A stretch of DNA of 36,510 nt from an uncultured Bdellovibrionales bacterium. GTDB taxonomy: Bacteria; Patescibacteriota; Minisyncoccia; Moranbacterales; UBA1568. Position numbers and translations under genes: made by a program. The stretch covers positions 1 through 36,510 of the forward strand of contig CAYWLN010000003.1 of NCBI GenBank assembly GCA_964459475.1, in the 5' to 3' direction. The notes beneath the pieces are model-generated. The model saw only the letters and a program-made list of their open reading frames with translations, was not told the origin of the DNA and did no database searches. This document shows, one piece after another, positions 1 through 6,594 of this stretch (positions within the stretch are counted from its first letter, which is position 1; each line of letters starts with the position of its first letter).

Positions 1-44
1 AAGCGAAGCGCAAGGCGAGTGTGCCGCTCACAGAGGTTTAGAGT

Positions 45-671
45 ATGTTCGGTCTTTCATCTGAAGAATTAGCGGTTTTGAAGAAGCTCGATACCCCGGA
101 GAAGATCCAGGATTTTCTCGACGACATGCCGAGCAATCTCTCACGGTACAGTGAATCCTGTTCATCACCCCGGATGGCTCTCCGGAAAGGCCGAGCTCAT
201 TGCATCGAGGGCGCCTTTATCGCGGCGACCGCTCTCTGGCTCGCGGGCAAGCGACCGATTCTCATGGATCTGAAGGCCATTGATCCAGACTTTGACCATG
301 TGGTAGCACTTTTCAAGCGCGATGACCACTGGGGTGCCATCAGTAAGAGCAATCACCCAGTTCTCCGCTATCGCGACCCCATCTACCGGACCCTCCGCGA
401 GCTCGCCCTCTCCTACTTTCATGAGTACGTGTACGTGAAGACGGGCGACAAGACTCTTCGGAGCTACTCTCGTCCTTTCTCACTCAAGCGCTTTGGGACA
501 GAGTGGATCACTTCTGAGGAGCATCTCTGGGACATCGCAGAAGCACTCGACGAATCACCGCATTATGCTCTCCTTACGAAAGAACAGGAAAAATGCCTAA
601 AGAAAGCCTCGGATGTGGAGCGCCAGGCGGGACGTCTCCAGGAATGGGACCGTTCTGACCCAAGGACGTAG
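45..671 (+). CDS. hypothetical protein, possible papain/transglutaminase-like Cys-His fold
   Basis: 208-aa ORF with an ATG start, followed by a hairpin plus T-run. The segments AHCIEGAF and DFDHVVALF resemble a Cys/His catalytic pair. No family was recognised with certainty. Confidence 0.55.
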   Translation: MFGLSSEELAVLKKLDTPEKIQDFLDDMPSNLSRYSESCSSPRMALRKGRAHCIEGAFIAATALWLAGKRPILMDLKAIDPDFDHVVALFKRDDHWGAISKSNHPVLRYRDPIYRTLRELALSYFHEYVYVKTGDKTLRSYSRPFSLKRFGTEWITSEEHLWDIAEALDESPHYALLTKEQEKCLKKASDVERQAGRLQEWDRSDPRT

Positions 672-705
672 CAACCCCAAGACTTCCCATTTCTAAGCCA
701 AAAAT

Positions 706-727
706 ACCAGTATCAAACTGGTTTTTT
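706..727 (+). terminator. rho-independent terminator
   Basis: ACCAG-tatcaa-ACTGG hairpin (706-721) followed by TTTTTT (722-727), 35 nt after the stop at 671. Confidence 0.6.
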
Positions 728-760
728 GCTTTATAATAGCCATTAATCTGTGTTTATCTA

Positions 761-789
761 TTGACGAAATTTAAAAAATGTGCTAATAT
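761..789 (+). promoter_or_regulatory. sigma70-type promoter (TTGACG-N17-TGcTAATAT)
   Basis: -35 TTGACG at 761-766, a 17-nt spacer ending in TGc (extended -10), and -10 TAATAT at 784-789. The predicted TSS is near 796. Confidence 0.6.
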
Positions 790-795
790 GTGTAG

Positions 796-885
796 TTAGC
801 TTAAGAGTTTACCCGCCGTAGGCGAGTTTACTGCAGGCTATCCCGTCTCCCTTTCGAGGGCCACGGCTTATCCTAAGAACATACT
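796..885 (+). promoter_or_regulatory. structured 5' leader of the 3D-domain gene (unassigned, possible riboswitch or attenuator)
   Basis: About 90 nt lie between the predicted TSS and the ATG at 886. It contains the direct repeat GAGTTTAC twice, a CGCC-GTA-GGCG hairpin, and CCGT-ct-CCCT-TTCG-AGGG-cc-ACGG, a nested hairpin with a UUCG tetraloop. Confidence 0.3.
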
Positions 886-1440
886 ATGGGTGAACGAAAA
901 GGTTTTCTTTTCGCGATAGTAGTACTCGGTGCTCTTTGTATGATCAATACGGCCCAGGCGGCCGAAGCCTCACTGGAGATCCCTGCTATTCCTGGCTATG
1001 ACTACCAGAATGACCCGTATCTCCTCGAGTGGACGTTTTCACTCGAAGACAAAACGAAGCAGGCGACTGTCCCGGTGGCTGAGATGAGCCGCGAAGACAA
1101 GATGCTCGCTCGTTGGAAAGAGAAGCAGGCGCACCTCTGGAAGAATCTCCCGACTGACCCCTTTATCATCAATGCTTCTGCCTATACGGCAGCTGCTGAT
1201 GAATGTGGTAAGTCAGATGGTATTACCGCCTCAGGTATCAAGGTGACCGAGAAGCGTACCTTGGCTTGTCCCCCCGCCTTTCCTTTTGGTACTAAAATTG
1301 CCATCGAAGGCATGGGTGAGTTCCGCTGTGAAGATCGTGGTGGAGCCATCAAGGGAAACCACATCGACATCTATATGGAAACCAAGGCCGAAGCCTTTTC
1401 CTTCGGTCGTCGTAACCTCACCGCTCAGGTGATACAATAA
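886..1440 (+). CDS. secreted 3D-domain (MltA/YabE C-terminal-like) cell-wall-binding or lytic protein
   Basis: N-terminal signal peptide (FLFAIVVLGALCMINTAQA). The C-terminus, GITASGIKV...LACPPAFPFGTKIAIEGMGEFRCEDRGGAIKGNHIDIYM, is typical of the 3D domain. Confidence 0.8.
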   Translation: MGERKGFLFAIVVLGALCMINTAQAAEASLEIPAIPGYDYQNDPYLLEWTFSLEDKTKQATVPVAEMSREDKMLARWKEKQAHLWKNLPTDPFIINASAYTAAADECGKSDGITASGIKVTEKRTLACPPAFPFGTKIAIEGMGEFRCEDRGGAIKGNHIDIYMETKAEAFSFGRRNLTAQVIQ

Positions 1441-1567
1441 TCGTAGAGTGAGTGCGGGGAGTCGGGGGCGTAAGCTCAAGACTCCCCTCCTCCATTGGGA
1501 TTCCGAACTAGTTTCGGGATTCGAATGGAGGAAAGTTCCTTCATCAACCTGCCACGAAAGGGCAACC

Positions 1568-1927
1568 ATGGAAAACTTTTTTGGAATGTTGGTAGCGGGG
1601 ATTTTGTTCCTCGTGACGTTGGCCACCGCCCTGGTGACCTACCGTCGGAAAGAGAAAAGGCGGAAGGAAAGCAGTTTCTTCTCGACCGAATTCCGAGGTA
1701 CTTTCCTCGGTGCCGAATGTGTGTTCGGTGTAGCCGTGATCGCGGTTGGCCTCATGGCCGACCTGTACGTCACCAGTCAATTGGTCGGCATGGTTCTGCT
1801 CATCGCCGGCACAATCGGGCAATATTCCGCACACAAGCGCATCATCCGGTGGGCTCACCGGGAGGCGGGCAAAGACCGCATGGTCAAGGGCACGCGTCCG
1901 AGGCGGCACATGCGCGCGCGGGCGTAG
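1568..1927 (+). CDS. small membrane protein, hypothetical
   Basis: An internal ATG at 1568 is preferred over the track start at 1448, because 1448-1567 is occupied by strong hairpins. The protein has three hydrophobic segments and an Arg-rich C-terminal tail. Confidence 0.5.
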   Translation: MENFFGMLVAGILFLVTLATALVTYRRKEKRRKESSFFSTEFRGTFLGAECVFGVAVIAVGLMADLYVTSQLVGMVLLIAGTIGQYSAHKRIIRWAHREAGKDRMVKGTRPRRHMRARA

Positions 1928-1985
1928 ACGAGGGGGCTCGGCAGGAACAACTGCCAGCCCCTTTCAAATTTCTGGAGCACTTTTA

Positions 1986-2014
1986 TTGACGCTCCCCTCC
2001 CTATTTGCTAGGCT
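1986..2014 (+). promoter_or_regulatory. promoter for the tRNA-Cys / tRNA-Leu unit (TTGACG-N17-TAGGCT)
   Basis: -35 at 1986-1991, 17-nt spacer, -10 at 2009-2014, 27 nt upstream of the tRNA-Cys 5' end. Confidence 0.45.
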
Positions 2015-2040
2015 TTGAGAGTACTTTCCGTTAAATATTT

Positions 2041-2114
2041 GGCCAGATGTCCGAGCGGCTAGGAAGCGGTCTGCAAAACCGCGTACAGGAGTTCGACTCT
2101 CCTTCTGGCCTCCA
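2041..2114 (+). tRNA. tRNA-Cys (GCA), CCA encoded
   Basis: Hand-folded cloverleaf. Acceptor GGCCAGA/TCTGGCC, anticodon arm GCGGT-CTGCAAA-ACCGC, T arm AGGAG-TTCGACT-CTCCT. The discriminator is U, the Cys identity element, followed by CCA. Confidence 0.88.
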
Positions 2115-2130
2115 TAAAGTATACAGCAGC

Positions 2131-2278
2131 GCTTTGGTCTGAATGGTTCCCTGCCAGCCTTTGGAGGGAATTCCGGACGCGACCTCACACAATTGCCGCG
2201 CCCGCCTGCATCGCGTACACGAAGCGTTTCGGGCAGGGTGGTGGAATCCTGCCTGCCGGCAGGGGCATACAATATTTC
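2131..2278 (+). other. two degenerate tRNA-5'-like fragments, each carrying a GC-rich hairpin at the D-loop position
   Basis: 2231-2247 GGGCAGGGTGGTGGAAT mimics the 5' end of the adjacent tRNA-Leu (GGGCGAGTGGTGGAATGG) and is followed by the hairpin CCTGCC-TGCC-GGCAGG (2248-2263). A second unit, TGGTCTGAATGGTT plus CCCTGCCAGCCTTTGGAGGG, lies at 2136-2168. Neither unit has a T arm or a 3' acceptor strand. Confidence 0.55.
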
Positions 2279-2358
2279 GGGCGAGTGGTGGAATGGTATA
2301 CACGCGACACTTAAAATGTTGTGCCAAAAGCATGAGGGTTCGAGTCCCTCCTCGCCCA
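2279..2358 (+). tRNA. tRNA-Leu (TAA), class II, CCA not encoded
   Basis: Acceptor GGGCGAG/CTCGCCC, anticodon arm CGACA-CTTAAAA-TGTTG, long variable arm TGCC-AAAA-GCA, T arm GAGGG-TTCGAGT-CCCTC, discriminator A. Confidence 0.85.
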
Positions 2359-2359
2359 C

Positions 2360-4159
2360 ATGAAACGCAATACACCAGAGCAGAGTATCCCTGCTCGTCC
2401 CATTCCTTTTCTTCGATTTATCAGTCGGCCATTTTGGCGTTATGCCGTGGCCACTTTTTTCTTTGTGACCGTGGCTCAATTACTCTCTATTGGGCTCCCG
2501 TTTGTGCTCAAGCTCTTGATCGATGCCCTGGCCCACGCTTCCGGTACCAAGGCACTGACTGAGGCGCTCCTCCACTATGGAGCTCTGTATGTAGCGCTCT
2601 CGACAGCCATGTTTATCGCTTGGCGAGTGAGTGGCTTTTGTGGCATCAACTGGTTGGCTCTCTCCAAAGCGTATTCTTTCCGATTACTCTACGAGTATAT
2701 TACGTTTCACAGTTATACTTATTTCTCCAACCGCTTTGCCGGAGCCATTGCCAACAAAATTTCCCATGCTTCTGATGGTGCTGATGACCTCATGGAGGAT
2801 ATCGTTTGGCACTACTATCCGTCGGTACTCTCTCTGTGTGGCACGGGGGTACTCCTCTTTATTACTGACGTCCGTCTCGCACTCGTCTTTCTCATCCTCG
2901 CCGTAGTCCTCATTGCGCTCAATATCTTCCTCGTGAAGCGTCGCCGACCACTCATCGTCGCCTATGCGGAGGCGTCGTCACTCCTCCGCGGAGTTGGAGT
3001 AGACCTCGTCACCAATATGTCATCGGTCCGCCAGTTTGATCGTCGACTCTTTGAACGAGAGCGACTGGATCAGTATATTGATGATCGCACCAAAAAGGAC
3101 ATCACTCGAGATCGCTCTCAAGAATGGGGTCTCCTCATCAACAACACGCTGGTGGTGATGGCCATTATCGTCATGATGTTCATCTTGGCGCGGGGTGTGA
3201 TGGCTGGAGTGCTCACTGCTGGGGATGTGGTCTTGGTGGTCTCGCTTATCTGGAGTACCTCGTATCAGCTGATCTTTATTGGCAATATGCTGAATGGCTT
3301 CATCCGAGTGTACAGCGAGATAGAAGAGGGGCTCACAGAGACACTTGTCGCGCACGACATCGTAGATGAATCAGGGGCGCAACCACTGGTCGTTCCAAAG
3401 GGACATATTCTCTGGCAGGACGTGGTGTTTCGCTATGATACTCATCCAGTACTCGATCACTTCAATCTCGATATTTTGCCCGGCCAACGACTTGGCCTTG
3501 TCGGTACGAGTGGTGCGGGCAAATCTACCTTTGTATCACTGCTCTTGAGGCAGTACGAAGTAAGTAGTGGCGCCATCCTCATTGATGATCAGAATATCTC
3601 ACACGTGACGCAGGATTCGCTCCGGACGATGATCGCGGTTGTCCCGCAGGAGCCTTCGCTCTTCCACCGTTCTATTCGGGAGAACATCGCTTATGGCAAG
3701 CCAGATTCGACGGAAGCAGAAATTATTGAAGTCGCCAAGAAGGCTGAGGCCCATGATTTTATTAGCGCTTTACCCCAAGGGTATGACACGCTCGTCGGTG
3801 AGCGAGGGGTCAAACTCTCTGGCGGTCAGCGCCAGCGTATCGCCATCGCCCGAGTGATGCTCAAGAATGCTCCGATACTTATCCTCGATGAAGCGACGAG
3901 CGCGCTCGATAGCGAGAGTGAAGTAGCAATCCAAAAGGCACTCCATGAACTCATGGCCGGAAAGACAGTGATCGCTATCGCTCATCGTCTCTCGACGCTC
4001 CGCGAGATGGACCGCATCATCGTCATGGACAAAGGAATGATTGTCGAAGATGGCAGACACGATGTCCTCGCGGCCGCTGGTGGCAAGTACGCCAAACTCT
4101 GGGAGCATCAGGCCGGAGGATTTCTCCAAGAAGAAGCAGAACAAAAAACCGACCACTAG
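2360..4159 (+). CDS. ABC transporter, fused permease/ATP-binding (MsbA/lipid or multidrug exporter type)
   Basis: N-terminal six-helix transmembrane domain. Walker A GTSGAGKST, ABC signature LSGGQRQR, Walker B ILILDEATSALD, H-loop AIAHRLST. Confidence 0.93.
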   Translation: MKRNTPEQSIPARPIPFLRFISRPFWRYAVATFFFVTVAQLLSIGLPFVLKLLIDALAHASGTKALTEALLHYGALYVALSTAMFIAWRVSGFCGINWLALSKAYSFRLLYEYITFHSYTYFSNRFAGAIANKISHASDGADDLMEDIVWHYYPSVLSLCGTGVLLFITDVRLALVFLILAVVLIALNIFLVKRRRPLIVAYAEASSLLRGVGVDLVTNMSSVRQFDRRLFERERLDQYIDDRTKKDITRDRSQEWGLLINNTLVVMAIIVMMFILARGVMAGVLTAGDVVLVVSLIWSTSYQLIFIGNMLNGFIRVYSEIEEGLTETLVAHDIVDESGAQPLVVPKGHILWQDVVFRYDTHPVLDHFNLDILPGQRLGLVGTSGAGKSTFVSLLLRQYEVSSGAILIDDQNISHVTQDSLRTMIAVVPQEPSLFHRSIRENIAYGKPDSTEAEIIEVAKKAEAHDFISALPQGYDTLVGERGVKLSGGQRQRIAIARVMLKNAPILILDEATSALDSESEVAIQKALHELMAGKTVIAIAHRLSTLREMDRIIVMDKGMIVEDGRHDVLAAAGGKYAKLWEHQAGGFLQEEAEQKTDH

Positions 4160-4175
4160 GTCGGCATTTTTGCAC

Positions 4176-4754
4176 CTACGATTTTAACTCATCTACCACC
4201 TTTGGAATTTTTTGAAAGTCTGCGATGAGCGTCTGGCGGAGGGAACCATTGTAGAGCGCGGCCGCCGGATGATAGAGAACAAAAAATGTCTGGGTGCCAA
4301 TATCTGGGAGTGTTCGAGTGAACGATTGACCATGCACCTCGGAAATTTTCTGGCCAGGAATGAAATGTTCCATGGCGTGACGACCGAGAGTGACAATAAC
4401 TTTTGGTCGGATAATCTTTATCTGTTCGTGAAGCCACTCTTCACAAGCGAGGACCTCTGCTGGAAGTGGGTCGCGATTGTCTGGCGGACGATATTTCACG
4501 ATGTTCGTGATGTAGATGTCTTCACGTTTGAGATTGATCGTGGCGAGCATCTCTGCTAAGAATTTGCCCGAGGCTCCAACAAACGGAACGCCCTGTTCAT
4601 CTTCTTTCTTACCGGGCGCTTCTCCGATAAACATGATGTCTGCATCAGGGTTGCCCACCCCTGGTACGGCCTGCGTGGCCGTCGACTTGAGAGTACATGT
4701 GCATGATGCTGCCATGCGAACATTGAGTGCATCGAGTGATTCCTGTTTCGTCAT
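4176..4754 (-). CDS. udg: uracil-DNA glycosylase, family 4
   Basis: Motif A GEAPGKKEDEQGVPFVGASG and motif B-like VLYHPAAALYN. The size of 192 aa is typical. Confidence 0.88.
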   Translation of the reverse strand: MTKQESLDALNVRMAASCTCTLKSTATQAVPGVGNPDADIMFIGEAPGKKEDEQGVPFVGASGKFLAEMLATINLKREDIYITNIVKYRPPDNRDPLPAEVLACEEWLHEQIKIIRPKVIVTLGRHAMEHFIPGQKISEVHGQSFTRTLPDIGTQTFFVLYHPAAALYNGSLRQTLIADFQKIPKVVDELKS

Positions 4755-4757
4755 AGA

Positions 4758-5717
4758 TTATGCAATGGCAAATCCTGTTTCGGTTTCAATAATTTTCCCT
4801 GGTACTTCGAATCCGCTGGCGAGCTTGTGTCCTCCCCCACCAAACTGATGAGCGATAAGCGAGACGTCGATGCCGTGGTGCTCCATAGAGCGGAGACTGG
4901 CCCTCACGATACAGGCATCACGTTCGGAGAGGACCATAGCGAACTTGGCATCGGGCACAGTGGAGAGTATCGATGCGACCTGGTAGATGTCTTCGGCACA
5001 GGCGTCACATTCGGCGATATCCTTTTGAGTGACTGCAGTGACGAGCATGCCGGTCTCCTTATTGAACTTGGCCTTTTCAAATGCCTTGCCCCAGAGCTTC
5101 ATCGCGCCGATATTTTTGTTGGTGAATATCGTCTGAGAAATTTTGGGGAGAGGCGCTCCTTTCTTCATGAGTTCAGAGGCGATCTCCATCACCCGAGGCG
5201 ACACTCCCCCGTGCTGAAAGCCACCCGTATCAAAGAGGATACCCATAAGAAGCATGGTGGCCATGGATTTACTGATGGGGGCGTCGATTGATTTGAGGTA
5301 AAGATAGAGGAGCTCTGAAGTAGACGAATATTCTGGGTCGATGATGACGACATCCCCCTTGAGCTCAATATCAGGGTGATGATCCATGAGCACGATAACC
5401 TGCTCCTCCTTGAACTGATCGATGAGCGTATCGAGACCTCGATCGACACTGTCGCATCCGATCACGGCATCATAACTCTTGAGATCCAGCTGGTCTGGGT
5501 GAAGAAAAGTATGTTCAGCTAGCCCCTTTAGATTATCGGGAAACGGGTTGAAGCAAGCGATATCGACGTGCTTCCCGAGCGAGCGGAGGTATTCCTCAAA
5601 AGCGAGGTTGGAACCTACTGTGTCTGGGTCCGGTCGGTTGTGTGCAAAAAGGAGTACCCGCTCCGCTCTGGAGATGATATAGGAAAGGGTACGGAATTCC
5701 TTGGCAAAACGATGCAT
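4758..5717 (-). CDS. nrnA: DHH/DHHA1 family phosphoesterase (NrnA-like oligoribonuclease / pAp phosphatase)
   Basis: Motifs HNRPDPDTVGS, GCDSVD, LMDHHPD (DHH) and FGGGGHKLASGF (DHHA1 GGGH). Confidence 0.85.
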   Translation of the reverse strand: MHRFAKEFRTLSYIISRAERVLLFAHNRPDPDTVGSNLAFEEYLRSLGKHVDIACFNPFPDNLKGLAEHTFLHPDQLDLKSYDAVIGCDSVDRGLDTLIDQFKEEQVIVLMDHHPDIELKGDVVIIDPEYSSTSELLYLYLKSIDAPISKSMATMLLMGILFDTGGFQHGGVSPRVMEIASELMKKGAPLPKISQTIFTNKNIGAMKLWGKAFEKAKFNKETGMLVTAVTQKDIAECDACAEDIYQVASILSTVPDAKFAMVLSERDACIVRASLRSMEHHGIDVSLIAHQFGGGGHKLASGFEVPGKIIETETGFAIA

Positions 5718-5766
5718 GGCGGATGGGATAAATCTGTATAAGTCAAAAAAATGCCAATTTCAAGCC

Positions 5767-6102
5767 CTATTTAAGTTCGAGGAGGAGTTTCTCTACTTTG
5801 TCAGCTTCTTGCTCTGTGGTGTCGATACTAAATGACAGCTTGGGCATGGGACGCATGTAGAGCTTCGCGTAAAGTTTCTTTTGGATGCCACTAATTTCCT
5901 TTTTGAGTGTTTCGGTCACGTAGTTGGTCTCACTCTCAGGAAAAACACTGACAAACATGCGAGTATAGCGGAGATCCTTGGAGGTGTCAACCCTGGGGAT
6001 AGTAATGATGACTCCAGGCTTGAGGGAGAGTTCGCGCTCCATGATTTCACCGAGAAGCTTTCTCAATTGCTCATTTACTTTGGTAATACGGAGAGTGGAC
6101 AT
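5767..6102 (-). CDS. rbfA: ribosome-binding factor A
   Basis: 111 aa. The pattern RITKVNEQLRKLLGEIM...PRVDTSKDLRYTRMFVSVF is typical of RbfA. Confidence 0.88.
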   Translation of the reverse strand: MSTLRITKVNEQLRKLLGEIMERELSLKPGVIITIPRVDTSKDLRYTRMFVSVFPESETNYVTETLKKEISGIQKKLYAKLYMRPMPKLSFSIDTTEQEADKVEKLLLELK

Positions 6103-6139
6103 ATGGGATAATCGTGTATAAGTGTATAAAATGGCTTGT

Positions 6140-6214
6140 TGGTGCCCTCGGCAGGAGTTGAACCTACGTTTACTCGTTAGGAGTGAGTCGTTCTATCCAC
6201 TGAACTACGAGGGC
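6140..6214 (-). tRNA. tRNA-Arg (CCT), CCA encoded
   Basis: Minus-strand sequence GCCCTCG TA GTTC AGTGGATA GAAC G ACTCA CTCCTAA CGAGT AAAC GTAGG TTCAACT CCTGC CGAGGGC A CCA. There is one A-C mismatch at 31:39. Confidence 0.8.
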
Positions 6215-6284
6215 AATTGATCGATGATTTCTTGAGATAGCTCCCTGCCCGCCGGCAGGCAGGTATCCATTGAGCTACAGAGGC
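6215..6284 (-). other. truncated tRNA 5' copy B with a 20-nt GC hairpin inserted in the D-loop
   Basis: Minus strand: GCCTCTG TA GCTC AATGGATA [CCTGCC-TGCCGGCG-GGCAGG] GAGC, then non-tRNA sequence. The hairpin is at 6244-6263. There is no pairing anticodon stem, T arm or 3' acceptor. Confidence 0.6.
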
Positions 6285-6346
6285 ATAATTTATGAGTGAG
6301 TGTTCCCTGTCTACCGGCAGGCAGGTATCCACTGAACTACGAGGGC
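6285..6346 (-). other. truncated tRNA 5' copy A with a 20-nt GC-rich insertion in the D-loop
   Basis: Minus strand: GCCCTCG TA GTTC AGTGGATA [CCTGCCTGCCGGTAGACAGG] GAAC ACTCA CTCATAA, which then runs directly into copy B. The first 21 nt are identical to the intact tRNA-Arg. The anticodon-loop-like CTCATAA is at 6290-6296. The 3' half is absent. Confidence 0.6.
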
Positions 6347-6403
6347 TTGAGATGGCAAGAATGTACTGTACCACGGTATCTCAATAATATCAATGGAGCC
6401 GGT

Positions 6404-6435
6404 CAAAGTAAAACAAAACTCCTCTTACGAGGAGT
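6404..6435 (-). terminator. rho-independent terminator downstream of tRNA-Ala
   Basis: Minus strand: ACTCCTC-GTAA-GAGGAGT (6418-6435) followed by TTTTGTTTTACTTT. Confidence 0.65.
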
Positions 6436-6459
6436 GTTTATGCTACGTGAGTCGAAGTG

Positions 6460-6532
6460 TGGACCTGAGGAGACTCGAACTCCTGACCTCCTCCATGCCA
6501 TGGAGGCGCTCTACCAGCTAAGCTACAGGCCC
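6460..6532 (-). tRNA. tRNA-Ala (GGC), CCA not encoded
   Basis: Minus strand: GGGCCTG TA GCTT AGCTGGTA GAGC G CCTCC ATGGCAT GGAGG AGGTC AGGAG TTCGAGT CTCCT CAGGTCC A. The G3:U70 Ala identity pair is present. Confidence 0.9.
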
Positions 6533-6594
6533 AAATGCTACTTCCCTATCATACTGATTTCTGGCCATTCGTCAATGTGAGGGAGTAGGGAGAG

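Noticed and set aside
796-885. Cyclic-di-AMP (ydaO) riboswitch upstream of the 3D-domain gene
   Set aside because: The gene context fits, but I could not find the conserved ydaO segments (ACGGGGA / GGGGUGAAUC / CAGCUAACC-like). It is kept only as an unassigned structured leader.
1448-1989. Overlapping alternative-frame ORFs 1495-1989, 1544-1909 and 1746-2018
   Set aside because: These are Arg/Gly/Pro-rich shadow frames of a GC-rich stretch. Only the frame encoding hydrophobic helices (from the ATG at 1568) looks like a real protein.
6177-6374. 65-aa ORF spanning the tRNA-Arg and tRNA-fragment region
   Set aside because: It is simply a translation of tRNA and tRNA-like sequence (the repeated PRSSVD comes from the acceptor and D-arm). 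It is not a gene.
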